The translations under genes and the position numbers were made by a program. Source: Myxococcota bacterium (GTDB taxonomy: Bacteria > Myxococcota_A > UBA9160 > UBA6930). Taken from it: a DNA stretch of 64,000 nucleotides. Below, one piece after another: positions 1 through 9,873 of this stretch (the first letter of the stretch is position 1; every line of letters begins with the position of its first letter). The stretch spans positions 4,448,001-4,512,000 of the forward strand of contig OZ245015.1 in NCBI GenBank assembly GCA_965223705.1, in the 5' to 3' direction. The notes below the pieces were generated by a model. That model was not told where the DNA came from. It ran no database searches and was given only the letters and a program-made list of their open reading frames with translations.

Positions 1-2
1 CG

Positions 3-2558
3 GCGACCGAGTCGCCCACCGACCTTCAAAGCGAGATCGCGAGAACCGACGGCGTCAAGATCGAAGTCGATCGCACCGGTATGATCGCGGTGCTCGGTCG
101 CGAACTCCTCGCCGCCGGGCTCGATCCGAACGTCGACCCGCGCAGGCTTCACATCGCCACGGGCGGCGCACGGGTTCTCGCGCGGTTCGACGGCGCCTGG
201 GACGGGCGTCTCGACTCGAGCGATACGCTGTTCCTCTTCGCCGAACCGAGTGAAGACCGCTACTCGAATCGGCAAGTCTTCTACGTCTTCCCGACGGAAG
301 TGTTCGGATCGCGCACGACCTTCGTCGACGCGTCTCCGCAGGGGCCGGTCTTCGAAGGTGCGTCGGTCGACGCGGTAGTGAGAAACGAATCCCAAGACGT
401 GTACCTCCCCGGCATCCTCAACGGCGAAGGCGACAACTTTGTCGGTCCGTTCGTTTTCTCGACGGACCGAACCGTAACCCTCGAAGCACCGGCGGCCGCG
501 GCCGGCGCGTCGCAGCTCCGCGTTCTACTCCGAGGGGGAACGACCTTCCCCGAGATTCAGGACGATCACCACTTCGAGCTTCGGGTCGCGCCCGGCACGC
601 CGGACGAGGTCCGCCTCGACGCCCGATTCGATGGCACGGACGCCTTTTTCGCAGCGCTCGAACTCGGTGTCAACGCGACCGTCGGAGGCAGCGTACCGGT
701 CGTGGTGTCCCCGCAATTCGATTCGGGCGCGCCATTCGACTTGATCTACATCGACGCCCTCGAGCTTCACTATCGACGCTCGCTGAATCTCACTCCCGCA
801 GATGGCGGTCAGTTGCTCTTCACGGCCGAAGAAGACGGATCACATCGGCTCGGGGGTCTCTCCTCGCCGGCAAGGGCCACGGTCTGGGACGTGACGGACG
901 CACGGGCCGCGGCCGAACTCGATCGGCTCGAGCGCGACGCGACGTCCGTTGTGGCAACACTCGAAGCCGGCCGGCGCTACCTCGTCGTCGACGGGGGTGG
1001 AGCCTTCGCTCCCGCAACGGTCCGAGCGCAGCTCGCCAGCGGCTTTACGCACCCAGAAGAGCGCCACGGGGCCGATTGGCTCGCGATCGGGCATCGGAGC
1101 CTTCTCGGAGAACTGGGGGAGCTCGCGGCTCACCGGGAACGACTCGGCTTGTCGACCCAGATCGTCGATATCGACGATGTCTACGACGAAGCATCACACG
1201 GACGCGAGACGCCGATCGCGATTCGCGACTTCCTCGCGCGGGTCGCCGCGCAGTGGAACCCCGCCCCGCGCTACGTCCTGTTCGTCGGCGAGGCGAACTA
1301 CGACTATCGGAATTTCCTCGGCGGGAGCGCACCGAATCTCGTGCCGACCCTTCTCGTCGATACGACCTTCGTGGAGGCAGCCTCGGACAGCGCCCTGGCC
1401 GACCTTCACGGTGATGACGGTGCGCCGGACATGGCGGTGGGCCGCCTCCCCGTCCGCGATGCCAGCGAGCTCCGCGCCGTGATCGAGAAGCTCATCGCTT
1501 ACGAGAATCTACCGCCGGGTGAGGCGCCGTGGACGCGGCAGATGCTTCTCGTCGCAGATGACGGTGTCGGCGCCGAAGCGCCCGACGAAGCGGCCGACTT
1601 CGAGGCGATTCTCGACACGGTTGATGCCGCAGCGCCTTCCGCCCTACAGAACGAGCGCGTGGCGTTGCGCGACATTGCGGATGAGAACGAAGGCGCCGAA
1701 GCGAACGCGGCGATCCGCGAAGCGCTCTTGCGGGGACAGGTCATGACGACGTACGTCGGACACGGCGGTGCTCGTTTCTGGTCCGATGAACGGATCTTCG
1801 GGGCGGACGATTGGGAGACCTTAGAGAACAGGGTCTGGCCGATCTTTCTCGTCCTCAATTGTCTCAACGCCTTCTTCGATGCACCGAACGAAGAGGCGTT
1901 TGCGGAGGATGCCGTCGCGGCCGAACAACGAGGCGCGGTCGCCGTCGTCTCTTCCACCACGGTTTCCTCGATTCGGGGGCAATCCGCCTTCGCGCGGCAA
2001 TTCAGCGAGCGACTCCTCGGGCGGAACGTGCACCGCGTGGGAGACGCACTGCAACAAGCGCTTCAATCGATGTCCGGCGAGCCCGGCGCCTTTGACGTGT
2101 TGGCGACGTTCGTCCTGATCGGTGACCCGGCGACGCGCATCGCGCTGCCGAACGTGCCGATCGCCCACGCCGGAGAAGACGTTCGCGTTCGGCCCGCCCT
2201 GCCCGTCGCCCTGGACGGCAGTCGCAGTGAAGTCGGCGGCGACGGTCCCGCAAGCTACCGCTGGCGGATCGTTGCCGGCGGCGGGGACGGTCGGCTTTTC
2301 GAAACGGGCGACCCCGCCCGGCCCTGGTTCCGCTCGTCGACCTCGGGCAGCTACACCGTCGAGCTGGTCGTCACCCAGGACGGCGTCGAGAGTGCTCCAG
2401 CGACCGTTCGGGTTCACGTCGACGGCCCGAGCGGCTTCGCGTGTGCACCGGGCGGCGGCGCGGCGCAGAGCCAATCGACGGCCGCGCTCGATTGGTTGTA
2501 CTTCGCCCTGCCCGTGCTGATCTCGCGTCGCTTTGTGCGGCGGCTACGTCGGAGCTAG
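3..2558 (+). CDS. Peptidase C25 (gingipain-like) protein with PKD/Ig-like domain and C-terminal sorting tail; 5'-truncated by the window
   Basis: Frame is open from base 3 (..GVKIEVDRTGM). Motifs YVLFVGEA, ASD, DMAVGRLP, catalytic-type YVGHGG and LNC, LIGDP; PKD-like IAHAGED..LDGSRS; ends C-GGG-hydrophobic-RRLRRS. Confidence 0.85.
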   Translation, partial: ATESPTDLQSEIARTDGVKIEVDRTGMIAVLGRELLAAGLDPNVDPRRLHIATGGARVLARFDGAWDGRLDSSDTLFLFAEPSEDRYSNRQVFYVFPTEVFGSRTTFVDASPQGPVFEGASVDAVVRNESQDVYLPGILNGEGDNFVGPFVFSTDRTVTLEAPAAAAGASQLRVLLRGGTTFPEIQDDHHFELRVAPGTPDEVRLDARFDGTDAFFAALELGVNATVGGSVPVVVSPQFDSGAPFDLIYIDALELHYRRSLNLTPADGGQLLFTAEEDGSHRLGGLSSPARATVWDVTDARAAAELDRLERDATSVVATLEAGRRYLVVDGGGAFAPATVRAQLASGFTHPEERHGADWLAIGHRSLLGELGELAAHRERLGLSTQIVDIDDVYDEASHGRETPIAIRDFLARVAAQWNPAPRYVLFVGEANYDYRNFLGGSAPNLVPTLLVDTTFVEAASDSALADLHGDDGAPDMAVGRLPVRDASELRAVIEKLIAYENLPPGEAPWTRQMLLVADDGVGAEAPDEAADFEAILDTVDAAAPSALQNERVALRDIADENEGAEANAAIREALLRGQVMTTYVGHGGARFWSDERIFGADDWETLENRVWPIFLVLNCLNAFFDAPNEEAFAEDAVAAEQRGAVAVVSSTTVSSIRGQSAFARQFSERLLGRNVHRVGDALQQALQSMSGEPGAFDVLATFVLIGDPATRIALPNVPIAHAGEDVRVRPALPVALDGSRSEVGGDGPASYRWRIVAGGGDGRLFETGDPARPWFRSSTSGSYTVELVVTQDGVESAPATVRVHVDGPSGFACAPGGGAAQSQSTAALDWLYFALPVLISRRFVRRLRRS

Positions 2559-3736
2559 CCCACGATCCCCTGATCGCGCAGGCGTTCGATTTCGCGTTTT
2601 CCGTGCCCGGCGAGGGCGAGAACTTCGTCGGTGTGCTCACCGAGACCGGGCGCGGGCAAGCGCACCGCGCTCGGTGTCTCTTCGAAGCGAGCGGCCGGCC
2701 GCGGTTCGCGCATCGCCCCGGCGACGGGATGAATCGAGGTGTGCAACAGGTCGTTGGTCTCGACCTGCGGGTGGGCGATCACTTCCTCGAGAGTCAGAAT
2801 CGGTGCGCAGGGCACGTCTTCGTGACGGAGCTTCGCGAGCCACGCTTCGGTCTCTCGCGTTCGCAGGGAATCCGCAATCACTTTGATCAGGGCGTCGCTG
2901 TGGGCGACTCGATCTTGCACGGTCTTGAAGCGCGCGTCGGAAGCGAGCTCGGGCCGATCGAGAGCGCGCACCATACCCTCCCACTCTTTGTCTTGGAGTG
3001 CCGCCGCCGTCATGTATCCGTCGCGCGTTTCGAAGACCAAATTGAAGCCACCGGGCAACGCGTTGATGACGTCGTCGCCGAGCAGGGTGTGATTCCACAT
3101 GCCGTCGGGCCATAGCCACGCGATCATGGCGTCGAGCATCGCGAGTTTGACATGCTGCCCACAGCCGGTGCGCTCGCGCGCAAAGAGCGCCGCACAGATC
3201 GCCTGGGCCGCCGTCATCGCCGTGAGTTTGTCCGGGAGGAGTGTTTGCGCCATGCGCGGCTCGCCGCTCTTCGCGTCGGCCTGAACGGCGGCCATACCGG
3301 AAAGCGCCTGAATCACCGGATCGTAGACCCGCTGCTCCGCATAGGGGCCGTGCTCACCGAAACCGTTGATCGATACGTAGATCAAGTCCGGGGCAACCGC
3401 GCGCAGCGCTGATTCGCCGATGCCCATGCGTTCGGCTGCACCGGGGCGGAAGTTCTGCACGAAGACATCCGCGCCGGCGACAATCTCCTTCAGCAACTGC
3501 ACACCGCGCTTCTCGCGGAGATTGATCACGACGCCGCGCTTGTTGCGGTTCGTCGTCGCGAACAATGCCGACATCCCGCCCCGCATCGCGCCGAAATAGC
3601 GCACGACATCGCCGGCACCGGGCGGTTCGACCTTGATCACGTCGGCACCCTGATCGCCGAGCATCATCGTCGCGAACGGACCCGAGATCATTTGCGTGGC
3701 GTCGACGACACGAATTCCCGCAAGCGGTCCAGTCAT
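2555..3736 (-). CDS. CaiB/BaiF family (class III) CoA transferase
   Basis: MTGPLAGIRVVD..GADVIKVEPP..NRNKR..NFRPG..YDPVIQA; start set at ATG 3736 with GAGG upstream. Confidence 0.93.
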   Translation of the reverse strand: MTGPLAGIRVVDATQMISGPFATMMLGDQGADVIKVEPPGAGDVVRYFGAMRGGMSALFATTNRNKRGVVINLREKRGVQLLKEIVAGADVFVQNFRPGAAERMGIGESALRAVAPDLIYVSINGFGEHGPYAEQRVYDPVIQALSGMAAVQADAKSGEPRMAQTLLPDKLTAMTAAQAICAALFARERTGCGQHVKLAMLDAMIAWLWPDGMWNHTLLGDDVINALPGGFNLVFETRDGYMTAAALQDKEWEGMVRALDRPELASDARFKTVQDRVAHSDALIKVIADSLRTRETEAWLAKLRHEDVPCAPILTLEEVIAHPQVETNDLLHTSIHPVAGAMREPRPAARFEETPSAVRLPAPGLGEHTDEVLALAGHGKREIERLRDQGIVG

Positions 3737-3789
3737 GCCTCTCCCCTCGCAGGCATCATACCGCGGAGGGCGCCTTTCGCTCGAACGAA

Positions 3790-5097
3790 TCAGCGTAGCG
3801 GTGCGAGGGAGAGTGCCGGAAACATCGCGAGCGCCGCGAGGATCACGAGCATCACAAGGGCGAAGGGTGCCGCACCGACGAAAACGTCCGACAACGAGAT
3901 CCGATCGTCGTCGAGGCTTCCGTGAATGACGTACACGGAGAGGCCCAGCGGAGGGGTGAGAAGCCCGATCTCGATGGCGACGACCGTGACGATCCCGAAC
4001 CAAACCAGATCGACACCGAACCCCGCCATCACCGGCAACGCCAACGGAACGGTGACCAAGAGAATCGACGTCGAGTCGAGAACCGTCCCAAGTGTGACGA
4101 GGACCACCAAATACGCGATGAGGAGCGCTGGAAAACCCCAGTCGGTCCCTCCGACCGCCCCGAGGAGTGCCTGCGGTAGACCGGAAAGCGTGAGCATCCG
4201 CGAGTAGAGACTGGCCGCGATGAGGAGGAACGACACCGATACCGTGACGTGACCCGTCTCGACGAGCACGCGCCACAAGCCCTCCCACGACAGCCTGCGC
4301 TTCGCGAGCGCGAGAATGAGCGCCCCGAGGGCGCCCACGGCCCCGGCCTCGGTGGGTGTCACAAAGCCGCCGTAGATTCCGCCGAGCACGAGCGCCACCA
4401 GGATCCCGATCGGAATCAGTACGCGGAACGAGCCACTCTCGGCGGCGTGCGTCTCCACTTCGGCCAGGCGGCTCATGACGAAGTCGGGGCGAAAGCGGGC
4501 CAGCCCCAGGATGAGGAGTCCGAAAGCGACAGCCAGCAGGATTCCGGGGATCACACCGGCGATGAACAGTGCGCCGATCGATTGCTCGGAGAGAAGTCCG
4601 TACACGATCAGCAAGAGGCTCGGCGGAATGAGCATGCCGAGAACGGACGACCCGGCTACGACACCGACGGAAAACCGCGGTGAGTACCCGAAGCGCAGCA
4701 TTTCCGGGACGGCGACTTTCGTAAATACCGCGGCCGATGCGATGGAAATACCGGTGATCGCGGCGAACAGCGCGTTCGCCGCAACGGTGGCCACGCCGAG
4801 CCCACCGCGAAGTCTTCGAAAGAAACGGTGGGCAAGCGCGAAAGCATCGCGTCCGATATCGGCCTCGCTGACGAGGAGGCCCATCAGAACGAACAATGGG
4901 ATCACGCCGAATACGTGGCTCGCGATCGCGTCGTACGTCGCCAGAGCGAGCATCTTGTTCGCGATCGCGAACTGTCCTTTGATCGCCCAGACCCCGAGAA
5001 ACGAAAGGAGTGCGAGTACTACGCCGACATGAAAGCCGAGCCAGATGAAGAGCAGCATCAGCACGAGCGTGAGGAGGCCGACTTCGACGGGACTCAC
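3790..5097 (-). CDS. dctM: TRAP transporter large permease (DctM)
   Basis: Hydrophobic 435 aa; IPLFVLMG, LGMLIPPS, TPTEAGAVGA, IGLLTPPLG motifs. Confidence 0.93.
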   Translation of the reverse strand: MSPVEVGLLTLVLMLLFIWLGFHVGVVLALLSFLGVWAIKGQFAIANKMLALATYDAIASHVFGVIPLFVLMGLLVSEADIGRDAFALAHRFFRRLRGGLGVATVAANALFAAITGISIASAAVFTKVAVPEMLRFGYSPRFSVGVVAGSSVLGMLIPPSLLLIVYGLLSEQSIGALFIAGVIPGILLAVAFGLLILGLARFRPDFVMSRLAEVETHAAESGSFRVLIPIGILVALVLGGIYGGFVTPTEAGAVGALGALILALAKRRLSWEGLWRVLVETGHVTVSVSFLLIAASLYSRMLTLSGLPQALLGAVGGTDWGFPALLIAYLVVLVTLGTVLDSTSILLVTVPLALPVMAGFGVDLVWFGIVTVVAIEIGLLTPPLGLSVYVIHGSLDDDRISLSDVFVGAAPFALVMLVILAALAMFPALSLAPLR

Positions 5098-5600
5098 GAG
5101 CGTCCTCTTTTGTGCGGGCTTCTCCCGTTGCCGAAGAGGAAGAGCAGGAACGCCGCGCAGGCGGCGACGCTACCGAGCACGATCAGTGCCCGGACCGGCC
5201 AGGTGGGCAACGTAAAGTCGCCGAGCGCCCCGACGTACTCGCGCACGCGGATCGCCTTCGCGACGTAGGGAACGCTCGCGGTGGCGAGCAGACCGAAGAG
5301 CACGACGCCCGCTAGGGAAGCAGCCAGCTCGAGGCCACGGTGAAGACCCGGGCGCGTTGCCGCGAAGCGTCGGAGTAGCGCGTCGTTCCGCGTGACGCGC
5401 CCGACCGACAGCGTGTGCGCGAGCTGCAAGAAAACGATCGCGACGATCGAGAGCGACACCATTTCCGGGACACCGCGTACCGGCGTCCCAAAAAGTTCGC
5501 GCCCGATGACGTCGGCGTTGATCAGCAGCATGAGGACGAAGATCCAAAGCGTGCCTACGGCGTTCATCGCGCTGAACACTTTTGCCAAGGCCGCCCTCAC
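5094..5600 (-). CDS. dctQ: TRAP transporter small permease (DctQ)
   Basis: Four TM segments, DVIGRELFGTPVRGVPEMV; GTG start overlaps the dctP stop (GTGA at 5597-5600). Confidence 0.88.
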   Translation of the reverse strand: MRAALAKVFSAMNAVGTLWIFVLMLLINADVIGRELFGTPVRGVPEMVSLSIVAIVFLQLAHTLSVGRVTRNDALLRRFAATRPGLHRGLELAASLAGVVLFGLLATASVPYVAKAIRVREYVGALGDFTLPTWPVRALIVLGSVAACAAFLLFLFGNGRSPHKRGRS

Positions 5601-6637
5601 GGCTTTGACCAGTCGCGCGGCATGACCACGCCGAGTTCGTCGAGGTGGCGGATGAACGCGCTCACCACGAGACCGGCCGGCAGGCCGCGCGCCTCGTGAA
5701 TCTCGGTCCAGGTCTGGGCGGTGTTGGGGATCGCGTTCGCCCAACGCGAGCGTTCTTCGGAGGGCAGTGTTCCGAACTGAAGCCCTTCCGAATGCATGAT
5801 GGCCAAGGCCTCCTCGCGGTACCGATCGGTCGCCTCCGCCAGTCGCTTCGTGAACGCCTCGCCTTCCTCGATGAAGACCTCTTGAACCGACGGCGGCAGG
5901 TTTCGCCACACATCGAGATTGATCACGAAACCTCCGGCGAAGTGCGCACCCAGATCGACGCGCGTCATGTAGGGAACGACTTCGTGCAGCTTCGCTCCGT
6001 AGCAGCCACTCGCAATCGTGAGCGCTCCGTCGGCGACCCCTGTCGCGAGATCGTTGTAGTAGGTGGCGAGCGTCCCCGCGACGGCGATCGCACCCGTGCC
6101 GCGAATCCAGTTCGCCGCAGGTCCGGGCGCGAGGATTTTCTTCCCGACGATGTCGTCTAGGCTCGAGACGGGAAAATTCGTGTAAAGGTCGTAGTTGTCG
6201 ACGGCGGCGCCGGCGAGCAGCTTCAGGTTGTTGTCCGCCCAGGTTTGATTCAAAGCGGGGATAGCGTCGTGCATCGCCATGACCACGTCGGTCACGACGC
6301 CGGCGTCGGGTGAACCGAACGGCACCAAGTACGTCACGTTCTGGAGCGGCAGCTTCGGTGCCTCAAAGACCGAGGCGACGAAGCCCATATCGACGAGCCC
6401 TTCTTCCATCGCCTCGAGGACGCCTCCGAGCTTCGCCAAGCTGCCGCCATAGGCCTCGGTCCACTCGATGCGGTACGGACTTCCACTTTCTTTCAGACGC
6501 CGGTCGATCGCGGGAATGAAATCGTCGGAGAGATACTCGACCCAGAGAATGGCTTTCGTGTGCCCCGCCGCCACGACGATGGGCAGCGTACCCGGCTCTC
6601 GCGCGACACAGCCAGCGCCCATCGCGAGCGCCAGCAA
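5597..6637 (-). CDS. dctP: TRAP solute-binding protein (DctP), probable lipoprotein
   Basis: EAYGGSLAK, GLVDMG, PVSSLDDIVGKKI, KLHEV; lipobox-like AGC; start uncertain (possibly CTG at 6664). Confidence 0.88.
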   Translation of the reverse strand: MLALAMGAGCVAREPGTLPIVVAAGHTKAILWVEYLSDDFIPAIDRRLKESGSPYRIEWTEAYGGSLAKLGGVLEAMEEGLVDMGFVASVFEAPKLPLQNVTYLVPFGSPDAGVVTDVVMAMHDAIPALNQTWADNNLKLLAGAAVDNYDLYTNFPVSSLDDIVGKKILAPGPAANWIRGTGAIAVAGTLATYYNDLATGVADGALTIASGCYGAKLHEVVPYMTRVDLGAHFAGGFVINLDVWRNLPPSVQEVFIEEGEAFTKRLAEATDRYREEALAIMHSEGLQFGTLPSEERSRWANAIPNTAQTWTEIHEARGLPAGLVVSAFIRHLDELGVVMPRDWSKP

Positions 6638-6660
6638 TCCTGCGAGGGCGCGTCCGAACT

Positions 6661-7803
6661 TCAGGCGACGGCCTCGGTCACGCGAGCGTGGAAGTGGGCG
6701 AGGGCCGGCTCGTTGCGGCCATACAACACGTGCTCTTGCGCGCCGGAATAAAAGCCGCGTTGAATTTCCTCGCCGATCGGGAAATCCTCATCGACAACGG
6801 TTCGGATGAGCAGGTCCATGTTGCGATCCCAATGCCGTCGAGCGCTTTCGGTCGTCGCTTGCTCCGGCGTATACAGTGAGATCACCATCTCGGTGGTGTT
6901 GACGTCGAGAGCATCGGGAAACACGCGCCACGTCTCCACGTGATCGCCCTGCATCACGAATACGGTATTCGGGAACAAGACGTACACCATCGCCGTCTCT
7001 TCGATCAGGTTCCACTCGTCACGGGGTCTGTCGCGCAGCGATTCGACCGAGCGTCTTGCGTACATGTTGCGCAGGTGGGGCCCCATCGGATCAAAAGCGC
7101 CGACGTTGCCGTGAAGAATCGGAAACACCGTTTTTCGATGGAGTGCGCCCAGATGGTACGACTCGAGAAACGTGTCGACGACGAGCTTCCAGTTCATCGC
7201 CTTGCGCAACGTTCGGGTCTCGTAGTGATGGTAATTTTCGAGCGCGAACGACGCGAGATCAGGGGCTATGGGTCCGAGGAACGCGTCGAAATCGATCGAA
7301 GCGCCGACCGAGGGAACAACCCAGATAAGCCCATGACGCTCCACCAGGGGGAGCTCGGTCAGCGCTAAAGACGAGAAGTCGAGGCCGGCGAAGCCACTGT
7401 CGTGAGGGACGTGCGCGAGCTCTCCGGATCGGGTGTAGGACCATGCGTGGTACGGACACGTGATGCGCCGCTTCGCCTTGCCGCAGTCGCGCAGGAGCTT
7501 CGTGCCGCGGTGACGACAGACATTCGCAAACGCGCGCACCTCGCCGTCGTCGCTGCGCACGACGAGGATCGGAATGCCGGCGCGATCCTCGGTCAGGTAA
7601 GCGCCGGGCTCCGCGAGCTCGCAGGAGAGCCCCATCACCAGGGGCTGGTTTCGAAACAGGCGATCCCACTCGATCCGGAAACGATCGGTGTCGGTGTAGA
7701 CCTCGACAGGGTTTCGGTAGACCGCTTCCGCCATCGACGTTCCGCGCCGTTCGATCATGTCGAGAATTCGTTCGAGTTGTGAGACCTGTTCTGCCCGATC
7801 CAT
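6661..7803 (-). CDS. Rieske non-heme iron oxygenase, alpha subunit
   Basis: Rieske motif NVCRHRG..CPYHAW; mononuclear Fe site NWK..ESYH..H and ED; start MDRAEQ at 7803. Confidence 0.92.
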   Translation of the reverse strand: MDRAEQVSQLERILDMIERRGTSMAEAVYRNPVEVYTDTDRFRIEWDRLFRNQPLVMGLSCELAEPGAYLTEDRAGIPILVVRSDDGEVRAFANVCRHRGTKLLRDCGKAKRRITCPYHAWSYTRSGELAHVPHDSGFAGLDFSSLALTELPLVERHGLIWVVPSVGASIDFDAFLGPIAPDLASFALENYHHYETRTLRKAMNWKLVVDTFLESYHLGALHRKTVFPILHGNVGAFDPMGPHLRNMYARRSVESLRDRPRDEWNLIEETAMVYVLFPNTVFVMQGDHVETWRVFPDALDVNTTEMVISLYTPEQATTESARRHWDRNMDLLIRTVVDEDFPIGEEIQRGFYSGAQEHVLYGRNEPALAHFHARVTEAVA

Positions 7804-7829
7804 GGCGGGAAGTATAGCCGGGCGGGGCC

Positions 7830-8636
7830 TCAGCCCCGGTACCGCGGGGCGATCAGCAAGCACTGGCGCACGGTGCCGAAGCGCCCATCGTCGTCGTAGA
7901 GTGACGCCGCGACCCAGCCGAGCCCGTCGTGATCGATCTCGGACGCGGAATCGACACCGATCCATTCGCCGACGGGTTCCCGCTGGAAATGGATCGTGAT
8001 ATCGGCGTTGATGTACCCGAAGGAGTCGCCGAGGAAGCGTTGCGACATGCCATTGGCGAAGTCCGACGTCGCTGCAGCGCGCACCCAGGCGGACGATTCC
8101 CGACCGGCGACGATGGCTTCGGGGATGCGCACCCAGCCGCACCCCTCTCCCTCGCCGGCGATACCGCGGATCCGGCGGAGCTCGATCATGCTGGCGAAAC
8201 CCGGGAGAGATCGACCCTTCGCTTCGTCCTCCTCGAAGAAAAGGTGCGTCGCCGGAAGCCCTTCGCGCGGCGGCAGCGACACTGCGCCGGCCCCTTCCAG
8301 CGGATTGTCGATTGTCTGGCGCGCCAGCGCGAGGACGTGTGCCCGGGCGAGCAAGCGACCGTCTTCGTCCCACAGGGACGCTTGTCGCACGTGCAATCGC
8401 CGCCCCGATCGCACCACTTCCGAGGTCGCCGAAAGTGGCGCCCTCGGCACCGGACGCAGCAGATCGACCTGCAACCGCGACCACCGGAAGCGCGGATCGA
8501 GCTCGGCGGACTCCAAGACATGGGCGAGCAGACCGGACACGGGACCGCCGTGGAGGGTCTCGGGTGACCACGGCCCGCCGGCGTGACGCGTGGGCCGAAA
8601 GAACCCGCCTTCCTCAACAAATACGCCTTCGCTCAT
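7830..8636 (-). CDS. Acyl-CoA thioesterase-like double hot-dog protein
   Basis: GPWSPETLHGGPVSGLL, VRSGRR, SDFANG, INADITIH. Confidence 0.85.
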   Translation of the reverse strand: MSEGVFVEEGGFFRPTRHAGGPWSPETLHGGPVSGLLAHVLESAELDPRFRWSRLQVDLLRPVPRAPLSATSEVVRSGRRLHVRQASLWDEDGRLLARAHVLALARQTIDNPLEGAGAVSLPPREGLPATHLFFEEDEAKGRSLPGFASMIELRRIRGIAGEGEGCGWVRIPEAIVAGRESSAWVRAAATSDFANGMSQRFLGDSFGYINADITIHFQREPVGEWIGVDSASEIDHDGLGWVAASLYDDDGRFGTVRQCLLIAPRYRG

Positions 8637-8736
8637 CGCCCCGTCCCTTCGTCAGCTGATAAACTCGTCTGCTCTCCGCGAACGAAACTACCGATGCCGC
8701 ACCCGAGGAGCGAGTGTTTTGAGCAGCCTGCAGGAA

Positions 8737-9864
8737 ATGCGTTTCCCGAAAATCACCGAAGCCGGTCTGGATCAACTGCGCGAACGGATCGGCGTGAGAA
8801 TCGAAGACTCCCTCGAGCCGTGGTGTCACGAGGCGACCCGCGATGCGATTCGGCATTACGCCCACGGAATCGGCGACGACAACCCCTTATGGTGCGACCC
8901 CGAATACGCTGCGACAACACCCCACGGCGGGATCGTCGCACTGCCTTCGTTCGTCTTCCCGTGCGACCGCATCATCAGCGGCTACGTGGGCGGGCTGCCT
9001 GGAATCCACGCCATGTGGGCGGGCGCGAATTTCGAGTGGTACGACTGGATCCGCCGGGGGGATGAGATCCGGACCGAGGCGTACCTCAAGGAATTGATCC
9101 CTCACGAGACCCGTTTTTCCGGCCGCGCGATCCAGCAGATCTACCACGTCGATTTCTACAACCAACGAGACGTGTTGCTGTGCTCCGCCGACAGCTGGTG
9201 TTTTCGCACCGAGCGAGACACCGCCCGAGAAGAGGGATCGAAGTACAGCGAAGTCAAAGAGCGGGGCGAGCACGTCTACACCGCGGAGGAGCTCGCAGCG
9301 CACTACGCGCTCTACGAAGAGGAAGAAGTTCGCGGTGCGCGCACGCGATACTGGGAAGACGTCGAGGTCGGCGAGAAGTTGCCGCGGATGGCAAAGGGCC
9401 CGATGACCGTGACCGGTTTCATCGGGTACGTCCAAGGTTGGGGCGGCCTCTATATCCGCGCGAACAAACTCGCTTGGCAGCAAATTCGGAAACACTCGGG
9501 GCTGGGTATTCCGAACCGTTTCGGTATCCCAGACTGTCCGGAACGCGTTCACTGGGAAGAAGAGTTCGCTCTCCGCGTCGGCGCTCCGGGCGCGTACGAT
9601 TACGGCCCCGAGCGTTGTTCGTGGCTCATCCATCATTTGACGAACTGGATGGGGGACGACGGGTTCCTGGCGAAGTCGAGTTGCAAGATTCGACGGCATA
9701 ACCCGGTAGGCGATCTACTGACCATCGACGGACAGGTCACCGAGAAATTCGAAGCGGACGGGAAGGCGTTTGTCGTCATCGAGCAGCGCGCCGAAAACCA
9801 AAACGGTGAACTCTCCGTCCTCGGCGGGGGCACCGTTGCACTACCTCGCCGCAACGCCCACTAG
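8737..9864 (+). CDS. Tandem MaoC-like (FAS1-type) acyl-CoA dehydratase
   Basis: DAIRHYAHGIGDDNPLW; second domain RYWEDVEVGEKLP..VHW..YDYG..LTNWMGDDG. Confidence 0.85.
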   Translation: MRFPKITEAGLDQLRERIGVRIEDSLEPWCHEATRDAIRHYAHGIGDDNPLWCDPEYAATTPHGGIVALPSFVFPCDRIISGYVGGLPGIHAMWAGANFEWYDWIRRGDEIRTEAYLKELIPHETRFSGRAIQQIYHVDFYNQRDVLLCSADSWCFRTERDTAREEGSKYSEVKERGEHVYTAEELAAHYALYEEEEVRGARTRYWEDVEVGEKLPRMAKGPMTVTGFIGYVQGWGGLYIRANKLAWQQIRKHSGLGIPNRFGIPDCPERVHWEEEFALRVGAPGAYDYGPERCSWLIHHLTNWMGDDGFLAKSSCKIRRHNPVGDLLTIDGQVTEKFEADGKAFVVIEQRAENQNGELSVLGGGTVALPRRNAH

Positions 9865-9873
9865 GAGTCTTTC

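Noticed and set aside
6661..8571. Apparent long N-terminal extensions or fusions (also 2555-4288, 12097-14553, 60987-62213)
   Set aside because: The extensions overlap neighbouring real genes in other frames or strands; internal starts give normal family lengths.
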